A stretch of DNA of 64,000 nt from Eledone cirrhosa (lineage: Eukaryota), in NCBI GenBank assembly GCA_964016885.1, contig OZ024742.1, positions 60,202,001-60,266,000 of the forward strand, written 5' to 3'. A program made the position numbers and the translations under genes. This document shows positions 53,430 through 64,000 of the stretch, in pieces. Below the pieces are notes generated by a model, which had not been told where the DNA came from, searched no databases, and worked only from the letters and a program-made list of their open reading frames with translations. Every line of letters starts with the position of its first letter. Within the stretch, counting starts at the first letter, position 1.

Positions 53430-56300
53430 AAATTAGGTGAAATAATTGTGCCATATTGTTGTTATGAGATGCGACTTTGATTGTTGTTGTGGGCGGATAG
53501 CAAGGGGTGCAAGTCTTGGGTGTAGTTTAAAGGTGATGCCAACATCATTTGGGAAATGCTGATGGAATATTTTCCACATCATGCAGATAATGTAGAGCTC
53601 ACGATGACGTTGGAGAGAATAAAGTTTGAGTTTCTAGTCGACCTCAATATTCAAGGCCCGGCGACACGCCATTTATCTTCTTTATGATTGACCTATGAGT
53701 AGGTTCAATTTTCATGATAACGTTGTTTCGTGTGGGGAGACCACAGTGGACAACAGTATTTAAGGTGTTGTCGGGCGAATGTGTAGAGGAGAAGGATAAC
53801 AGTGTGGATATCTCTCGACTGGAAGGTTCTGAGAATTCAGGAACACATTCTGCGGGAACACATTTTGCTGTTTATATGAGTGGTCCAGGTTATGTTGTTG
53901 TCCACAATTCCTCTAAAGTCTCTGATGTTGTTGGATGAGAGGAGAGCTTCCCCTAAAGGAATGGAGTATGGGAGTTTGGGAGTTTCAGGGCATCCTCTTT
54001 TCCAAAGTGGATTAACTAAAATTTCTCCTCGTTCAGCAGCATATTGTTCTTTTTCACCCATTGGATAACAGCTAGTAGATTCGATTGGAGGCACATCCGG
54101 TCACCCATTCCATTGATGAGCTTCTTGAGCTTGGAATCATCTGCGAAGATTCTTATGTTGCTGTGCTTGACATTGTAAGTAATGTCATTAATATAGATAT
54201 GGAAAGGAGTGGGCCCAACTTCTGTGGGCCCACTGGTTTTTACTCCTTAGACTACATGCTGGGCTCTGTTTGATAGGAAACACGTCATCCCCTGCAGCAA
54301 CTTTCCAGTGACATCAATGTTGAATAGTTTTCTCAGTAAAATGTTGTGATCAACCTTGTCAAAAGCCTTGCTGAAAAATAGATGACACCATTGCTGGAGC
54401 CCTCTCCCAAAACTCTCAAAATGTCATCAAAGTGATGCAGTAGCTGCGTTAGGCAATCCCTTCCATTACGAAACCCATCTTGAAGGATTTTTTTATGTTA
54501 GTGGGTGTGTGAGTGTGCGTGAAAGACCAATTGATATGTGCAAGATCATGATTGATTGTTTCCCAGTTTGCATCATGAAGATCCATGGTGTCAAATGGAT
54601 GAACTGTAGAGATGTCATTGGGTTTGATTTTTGGATGGTGTAATCTCAGATCACAGAGAACCATGTCAATGTCTGAGAATAGAGTTTTTCCACTTAAATA
54701 TTGTGGATAGAGCCAGTGTGGTTACTGAACATTAGGTCCAAGACGTTTTTGTGGCACCTTGTTGGTTCAAGCACAAGTTGGGATAGGAGAAACTCATCCG
54801 TGAAGTCAAGAAGCGATTCTATTGCCTTCCTGCCAGGGGTTGAGGTGGAAAAACCTGGTATCAAGCTGTTTCTGGACCGGTCAACACCGGGAAAGTTGAA
54901 GTCCCCCATCATTAAGATGTTATCAGGGTGACACTGTTGGATGAAACACATTATGCTGTTGAGGCATTCCTTGAAGTATGGTAGAGGCGTTTGGGGTAGC
55001 CTATAGAGCCCAACTACTATTAAGTTGTTGGTTTTACTGTACACAGTGACTGCTTCACAGTTTACATAGGAAAATAATTTCTTAGACTCTGTCAAAAACG
55101 AACCATGTACAAAAATGGCAATCCCGCCCTTTCTTCTGCCAGCTTTGAGATTCTTCACTTTCATCTTGGTTTCCAAGTGGAGGGGATTGAGATGGGTTTC
55201 GTTGAGGACGAAGAAAGGGATGTGGTTAGGATGGTCATCAACCCAATCCTCAAGAAATGTATCTTCCATTTTTGAGTATTGGTGAAAGTGCTGGTGCCTT
55301 GAGCATTAAGCAAAAATGTTGAGGCTCGAGTGGTGGTTAATTTTTATTGTTTTGAGAGTTTGTTTGTTAATGGCTTCAATGAGAGTTTGTGCAGTGGGGT
55401 GGTAGTAGAGGGTGGTGTTGGATAATGGCTAGAATGTTTTTGTTTTATTTAAGTAGTTTTTTTACCAGATTCATTATGGCTAAAAAAGAGGTTTCCAGTT
55501 TAGGGAACTGTAAGTGACTGTAGTTGTGGGTTTTGTATTGGTTGGGATTTTTATTTTTATTTTTATTTGTGCGACGAGGCTCGGATTTTGGGTAAAAGGA
55601 CAATCACGCTTCAGACATAACCTGTCTCGCTGTGAATAGGAGCATATTTTGGGAATCTGTGTTATATGAGTGTGTGTATTTAGGTTTGCTTTAGCATTTG
55701 GTGAAGTTATTGGTAGTGGTGGTGGCGTTAGTTTTGAATATGTGCTTTGGTGTCGGCTGTTGTTGTTTGTAGAGATTGAGCGTTTTGTCCCGGGTAAATG
55801 AGTGAATATGCAGTCTCTGGTATGCATAACGTTTTATGTAAAGAATAGCGGCAAATGATAGGGTTGCGATGGGGTGTGTAAGTGTGTATTGTGAAAGGTA
55901 TAGATGATAATTTGTGTAGTTTGGGATATCCTGAGTGAGCTGTGAGAGGTAAATTCCCTGAGATAGTAGCCGGCAAATATATTGTTTTTGAGGTTGATAA
56001 TAGTACGCAGAGGAAAGGTAGACAGTGATGATGATGATGGTGAATGATTGTTTGATTGAACTATTGGGGCAGTTAGAGGAAGTGATTTTTCGGTTTCCTG
56101 CTGTGAGCAGCTGAGAACTGAAAGGTTGATGGTTTCGTTTAGTAGGTCATCCATTGTAGTTGAATTGGGAGTGATTGGAGCTATTGTTGTTCAGAGTGAG
56201 TAATATTTGAAGATAACTGTTCTTGCTGAATTTGTTGTTGTTGTTGTTGATGCTGAATTTGTTGTTGTTGTGTTAGTTGGGGCTGCTGTACTGGTTGAAT
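53430..56300 (-). mobile_element. CR1-like LINE, decayed: ORF1 remnant with Cys/His clusters, APE endonuclease and RT fragments with internal deletions
   Basis: APE: LNETHL, GRRKGGIAIFV, IVVGLYRLP, MGDFNFP, QLVLEPTRCHKNVLDLMFSN. RT: FSKAFDKVDHNILLRKL (~54330-54375), FADD (~54137-54148), IRDFRGIVDNNITWTTHIN. Confidence 0.85.
54694..55269 (-). pseudogene. APE-type endonuclease domain of the CR1-like LINE ORF2
   Basis: ORF 54694..55269 carries the ETH, GG, YR.P, GDFN and LDL motifs. Confidence 0.88.
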
Positions 56301-56890
56301 AATGATTGAAGAAAAAACATATTTTAGTTTACTAGAATATCTGTTAATTAATTTAAATGCAACTTCAATTTGTTTTAGTTTGATTTGAATCTGCTGTTCT
56401 GATCAGCTTTTTAAAAGTTGAACTGTCCGCTTAGCAACTACCTTCATAAAGGAAGCACCTATGTTTTCTATTTGGGTAAGGTAGTAACATGCGTTTATTA
56501 GATGGTCTATTTCATTGAACCACCTAGGTACTATGACATAACCTGTGTATTTGCTGGCATTAGCGTACATCTGTGCGCTTATGTTAGTAGATATATTAAA
56601 TTATCTATATTTATCTCCAAATCACTGATTTGTCGAGCAAACCTGCCAAAACCACTTCTAAATTTTTTGGGGGTGTTAGTAGGCGTCTGTCATCTTACCA
56701 TCCCATTCCTACTGACTAGCCTCTGTGTCACGTGATTGATTCTTTAGAATCGGCCATATGACCGGTGGCAGTGAGAATTTTCAGTAGCTGGAATCCAGTC
56801 CTCGATAGCTGTTCCATTTACCGAATTATTATTATTTTTATATGAGTCCCCAGTGTCCGCGCATTGCCTGGAGACTTGGCTGAGAATGAC

Positions 56891-56970
56891 CTCCCTGATG
56901 AAGCAATGAAATTCTCAACAGTTCATTACGTAACTGCCTTTATCCCATTGCAGAAACTAATTAGTTGGAG
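56891..56970 (+). ncRNA. Type I hammerhead ribozyme motif with palindromic helix III
   Basis: CTCC-CTGATGA-a-GCAATG (37-nt loop) CATTGC-a-GAA-ACTAATTAGT-T-GGAG. Helix I is CUCC/GGAG and the triplet is GUU. Confidence 0.85.
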
Positions 56971-57034
56971 TGAAAATTTAAGTAAGTAAGTTAAATTTTT
57001 TTTTAATTTTTTTAAAAAATGTTCTTATTTTACG

Positions 57035-58259
<1,225 letters not shown>

Positions 58260-58261
58260 GG

Positions 58262-58314
58262 AGCTTCTACAGGACTAGTACTGTTTCATTCAGAGATGAA
58301 ATCTTCAGGAAGCT
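58262..58314 (-). ncRNA. Type I hammerhead ribozyme motif (inverted 5' copy)
   Basis: AGCTTC-CTGAAGA-t-TTCA tctc TGAA-t-GAA-ACAG tactagtc CTGT-A-GAAGCT. Confidence 0.88.
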
Positions 58315-58324
58315 GGGTGTCATA

Positions 58325-58733
58325 CAACAACTGTCTAAAAAAAGATCTCGTGTATATATGCGATGTTCTCTCAGGCCCCGATGAAAAAAGAAACTCGTAC
58401 ATCGGGATGACTTCTAATAGTTTTAAGACTCGCTGGTACGCCCACACACATTCGTTCCGGCGCCCAGACAAATCTAACCAAACTACACTCGCCGCCCACA
58501 TCTGGCACCTAAAAAGGAACTCCATCCCCTTCAAGACCCAATGGAGACTACTCCAGAGAGCGCGATCATACACGGGAGGCCATAATTGCTGTGACCTCTG
58601 TATCTCCGAGAGCTATGAGATTCTATTCGCCAAAGGCCCTCTCCTCAACAAGATCTCGGAACACTCCCCTAATTGCATGCACAAGAACTATGCAAATTAC
58701 AAAAACTACAGACCCCCCCGGCCCCCCGACTGA
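58325..58733 (+). pseudogene. PLE GIY-YIG endonuclease domain (open, 5'-truncated)
   Basis: [13 protein letters not shown]...[22 protein letters not shown]...[11 protein letters not shown]...[18 protein letters not shown]...LLNKISE..CMH. Confidence 0.92.
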
Positions 58734-59553
58734 CCCCCCCCCTCATATCACCACCCCACCCCAGCCCTCCTTCCCATTTCCGTCCCTCCATCTCTCATTA
58801 TTACCCTCTTTCCTCCCCTCTATCTCTCATTATTACCTTCTTTCCTCCCCTCCAGGTCTTATATATTGTGTTGTATGCCTCTGAGTAAAGTTCCGTGGCC
58901 GCACACACAAATTCACGTATATACCTTCTCATGTTTGCATACGTGCAGTTATGAACTGCTGCACGCACACGTTCATGATTTATTTATCTATTTAACTTGT
59001 ATATTTATTTAGTTATTTATTTATTTATTTATTTAGTTACTTTATTTACTTATTTATTTATTTATCCATTTATTTATTTACTTGTTTATTTATTTGCTTA
59101 TTTACTGGTTTATTTGTTTATCTGCTTGTTTGTTTGTTCGTTTGTTAGTTAACTCTTTCATTTATTCATTTATTTATTAATTTATGAGTGAATGATTAGG
59201 TATTGAATAGATAAAGGATAAAAGATAGGTAACGAATAGTGAATGGTAAATAGTAAGTGATAAATAATAAATAGTAATTAATTACTTGATGATACTATTA
59301 ATAACTTAATAGTGACATTAATTATTTTAATCCTTTATCAGGCCCAGTTTAACATTTAAAATTGAAAATTTGTCCCACTACCTTTATATTATAGACACAT
59401 GTATGAGTGCGAACGAGTGCGTGTTTGTGCATATGCGTTTGTGTACTTATTTGTATGTATGTATGTGTATGTATGCGTGTTTGCTTGTAAATGTGTATGC
59501 GTGTGTATGTATATACGTATATATATGTGTGTGTGTGTATGTATATGTATGTA

Positions 59554-59615
<62 letters not shown>

Positions 59616-59821
59616 TATATGTATATGTATGGGTATATATATATATATATATATATATGAGATTATATATGTATGTGTGTGTGTATGTGTATATATGTAT
59701 ATATATGTGTGAATGTATGTGTTTGTCTGTGTGTGTGTATGTATGTGTATGTATGTGTGTGCAAATGTATGTATGTGTATGTATAGTATAGTTTACAGGA
59801 GAGAGACATACGTACTTGTAG

Positions 59822-59872
<51 letters not shown>

Positions 59873-60089
59873 CATATATATGTATATATATGTATATATA
59901 TATATGTATATATGTATGTGTATGCGCGCGTGTGTATGTGTAGATATATATATATATGTGTGTGTATGTGTATGCGTGTGTGTGTGTATATTTGTGTGTT
60001 TGTGTTTTTCCTGTGTATATATGTATATATGTGTATGTATGTATGTGTGTGTGTGTATATGTATGTGTGTGTGTGTGTATGTGCACACA

Positions 60090-60144
<55 letters not shown>

Positions 60145-60508
60145 ATGTGTGTGTGAGTGTGTAGGTGTGCACACACACACAAACATATGTATATATGTAT
60201 GTATATGTGTATAGGTATATATGTATGTGTGTGTGTAAGTGTTTTTGTATGTGGTTGTGAGTATGTAAATATATTTTATACTTTCCATCCTACTAAAACA
60301 CTCTGGCCACCTGTGGCTTGTATGTTAACTTGACCACTCACCCCAGTCTGTGCCATGTTTCGGTCTTGTTAAATGTTTAATTTCTATTACCAACCCACCT
60401 AAAAAATTTCCCTACTATATATCTGTTGAATTACTATTCTTGGGGTTTTTATTTATTTATTTTTTATTTATTTCTTTATTTATTTTATTTATTTATTCAT
60501 TTATCTAT

Positions 60509-60539
<31 letters not shown>

Positions 60540-60695
60540 TTTCAAAAAAGCACTCTGGCTAATTGACCACTCCCCATAGAAAAAACGGCCTGTGCCATGA
60601 AGTGGTCCTGTGTATCTAAATACCATCCCCCCCATCCACCACCCCTCCCTTGCCACTACCTAAATGTATAAATACCAGAACTTAATATGACACCC

Positions 60696-60746
60696 AGCTT
60701 CCTGAAGATTTCATCTGAATGAAACAGTACTAGTCCTGTAGAAGCT
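60696..60746 (+). ncRNA. Type I hammerhead ribozyme motif at the PLE 3' end; predicted cleavage after GUA at 60740
   Basis: AGCTTC-CTGAAGA-t-TTCA tc TGAA-t-GAA-ACAG tactagtc CTGT-A-GAAGCT, with a 6-bp helix I and 4-bp helix III. Confidence 0.86.
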
Positions 60747-60814
60747 CCTTCTATAAAATAAAAAAATGTTACTCTGCCATGTATTGAGTACGTATATATA
60801 TATATATATATATG

Positions 60815-60879
60815 TTTATTCATATATAACCCATGTGCAACTACGCAGCACGCCATTTTTTATATACATATATATATAC

Positions 60880-60955
<76 letters not shown>

Positions 60956-61038
60956 GTATATATATATGTATATGTATATATATATGTATATAAAAAATGG
61001 CGTGCTGCGTAGTTGCACATGGGTTATATATGAATAAA
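60815..61038. repeat. Inverted repeat (~50-bp arms) enclosing a (TA)n tract
   Basis: TTTATTCATATATAACCCATGTGCAACTACGCAGCACGCCATTTTTT and its exact reverse complement at 60992-61038. Confidence 0.9.
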
Positions 61039-61062
61039 TTTAGTCCTTCATCAGTGTATACC

Positions 61063-61433
61063 TCTGGTTGGTGCGAGCAATAACTAGAGAAAGTTATTGG
61101 GTCACGTAAAATAGGGTGAAGCGAGCGTGACATGTAAACAAACATCGATGGTAATGCAACAGAAAGAGAGGAAGAGGAGAAACAATGTTCGGTGAAATAA
61201 TAGACGAGAGGTAAAGACCATCCGATCTGGGCGAGTTGTGAGCGAGAAAAGGATGTCACACAGGTTAAACGGGAGGAAGTGAGAGATGGGGAGTAGCAGA
61301 GATTGATTGAGTGAAAGGGCGAGGAAGAGGCTAGTTGAGAGAGAGTGACTGGCTATACATCTGGTTGGTGCGAGCAATAACTAAAAAAAAGTTATTGGGA
61401 CACGTAACTTAGGGTGATGTGAGCGAGGCATGT
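61063..61433. repeat. ~72-bp diverged direct repeats (61063-61135 and 61360-61433) around a purine-rich interior
   Basis: TCTGGTTGGTGCGAGCAATAACTA...AAGTTATTGGG.CACGTAA..TAGGGTGA occurs twice. Confidence 0.8.
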
Positions 61434-61465
61434 CATATATCTATATATATATATATATATATATG

Positions 61466-61529
<64 letters not shown>

Positions 61530-61778
61530 ACGGAACCATTTATCAATACCAAGACCGGTTGTATCTCAGCGTACTCCATGGGCAATGTAGGATACATTTC
61601 CAGAGTATACACATAGTTATTCACTTCAATACAACACACGTTAAACGGGTGCCTATAATAGTTCCCGTCTCGAGTTTTGGCCACACTAAAAGCAGCGGTT
61701 GGGTGCACTGCACCCTCTCTCTGCATATATTATGTATGTATATATATATATATACACACACACACGCACATATATATA

Positions 61779-61849
<71 letters not shown>

Positions 61850-61858
61850 TATATATAT

Positions 61859-61905
<47 letters not shown>

Positions 61906-61932
61906 TATATATACACACATATATATATATAT

Positions 61933-61975
<43 letters not shown>

Positions 61976-62024
61976 TATATATACACACATATATATATAT
62001 ATACACATATATATATATACACAT

Positions 62025-62060
<36 letters not shown>

Positions 62061-62127
62061 TTATACACATCTATATATATATATACACATATATATATAT
62101 ATATACAGATATATATATATATACACA

Positions 62128-62201
<74 letters not shown>

Positions 62202-62219
62202 TATATAATATATATATAT

Positions 62220-64000
62220 GAATAGGGAGAAAAAGACGATTATTAGGAAGAAAAAATATTTGTTTCCCTTTTATCTTGCTCTCTTTTTTCTGGGTTAGAA
62301 AATGTTTAAAACAAAATATTTTACTTTGTGCGAAGTGTTAAGGTATTAGTTAATTTATTTATTAATTAACAATGGCATTTATTTATTTATATATTTAATA
62401 ATTGTCTATTACCGGTTTCAGCATTTTATGTATTATCAAAGGGGGAATTTGTATAGGTGTAAAATGTTGGTGATGTTGAACATGTTAAGGAAATGGGGAA
62501 GAAAGAATAATGTCATTTACAAACAAGGTTTTGGAAGTGAAAAGAAAAAAAAGGAGTTAATGTGGAACATGATAGGGTAATGGTAAAGAAAACATAATAT
62601 TAATTACAGGCATAATTCTTGAAAACAACTTCTTCGAATTCGATGCCAAATACTACAGACAGAAATCTGGGACTGCTATGGGCACGAAAGTAGCTCCCTC
62701 ATACGCCAACCTTGTCATGGGATATTTGGAAACCACTCTCTACCGCAAAGTTCTAGACAAATACGGCAACCACTTCTACCTAGACTTAGAAAAAAACTGG
62801 AAGAGATATCTGGACGAATCCTTCATCCTTTGGGATGAAAGTATAGAAAGACTGATTGAGTTTGAAGCCTTTCTAAATGGACTCAACACAAACTTACAAT
62901 TCGCAATGGATTACAGCCATGAACAACTCCCTTTCCTCGACACCTTCATAAAAAAAACAACATCAAAATAGAAACAGACATATACTACAAGCCCACAGAC
63001 CCCAAACAATATCTTCTATTTAACTCGTGCCACCCTCGCCATACCAAAATGGCAATTCCTTATAAGAAGTAGCCAGAAGATCTACACACTAGTTGAAGAT
63101 AAATACACATGCTAAACACAATTAGAAGAAATAAAGAACACACTTATCAAAAGAAACTACCCACCATCCCCAATCAACAATGGATTCCAACGTGCCCTAA
63201 AACTCAACATCCAGGAACTCAGACACCCCAAACCCAGGAATAAACCACATCAAAAAACTCTACCATACATCTCCACACACAACCCGCTCAACAATGAGGC
63301 ATTTGACACCATCCTTTACTAAAAAGAGACCCAAGAATGAACAAAATCCTCCAAAATCATAAAGAGCAAAAAACAACCTAAATCCGTAAAAAAAGCCAAA
63401 ATCCAACCAACCCTCACAATGAACCCTACAGTAAAAAAATGCGGAAGGACCAACTGTGGTATATGCATAAATCTAATAGAAGGTTCAACATTCCATTTTA
63501 AACAAGACAACATTTCACAGTTAAACACAACTTTACATGTGCATCTGAAAACCTAATCTATGTTTTGACCTTCTCAAGTTGTCAAGAGCAGTACATAGGA
63601 CAGACAAAAAACAGCCTCCGTCAAGGTATGACCGTCCATAGATCACAAATCAAAATACAAGAATACAGAAAGATTGCTTTTAGTTAACATATCACCAATT
63701 GTACACCTAACCAACATCCAAACTTTAACATTTTCCCCATTTACAAATTCATAGACAACGCTTCTTTCATCCATCGTACCAATAAGGAAACATACTTCAT
63801 TAACAAATTCCAACCTCTAATTAATGGACTAAACTTCGGACTAAACTAAAGCTAGAACGAACAATGAGCCAACACCAAGTTCCTCTGTTCTCTAAATAGT
63901 TACACCCTACCTAATCCTTTTTCTTAAATAAATGAATACCCCCCACCCAAATTTCTCTCTCCCCTACCTGACCACCCTGAATTACCTCTCCCTGCATATT
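62220..64000 (+). mobile_element. Penelope-like element (RT plus GIY-YIG, frameshifted), running off the window, with a probable inverted 5' cap at 62220-62600
   Basis: ILENNFFEFDAKYYRQKSGTAMGTKVAPSYANLVMG...WKRYLDESFILW...LPFLDT; YYKPTDPKQYLLFNSCHP; NLIYVLTFSSCQEQYIGQTKNSLRQ. Confidence 0.92.

Overview
AT-rich, repeat-saturated animal genomic DNA with no confidently identifiable host gene. The SINE families and (TA)n/(GA)n/(CA)n load suggest a cephalopod (octopus-like) genome; this is inference from recalled repeat families. Most entries in the ORF track are microsatellite artefacts. The real coding remnants are all decayed mobile elements: a mariner deletion derivative, five Penelope-like element (PLE) fragments with RT and/or GIY-YIG sequence, RTE, CR1-like, R4/Dong-like and Vingi/Ingi-like LINE pieces, many tRNA-derived SINEs, and a 27 x 46-bp minisatellite. 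The most notable hidden signal is RNA-structural. There are about 9 full-length type I hammerhead ribozyme (HHR) motifs (some decayed) plus half and degenerate ones, most with a palindromic helix III. Three carry a ~90-110-nt hairpin in place of helix II. They sit at PLE 3' ends, in inverted 5' caps, and in small non-coding fold-back palindromes next to (TA)n tracts. One palindrome is centred on what would be the HHR helix II loop. All folds were done by eye, and no searches were run.
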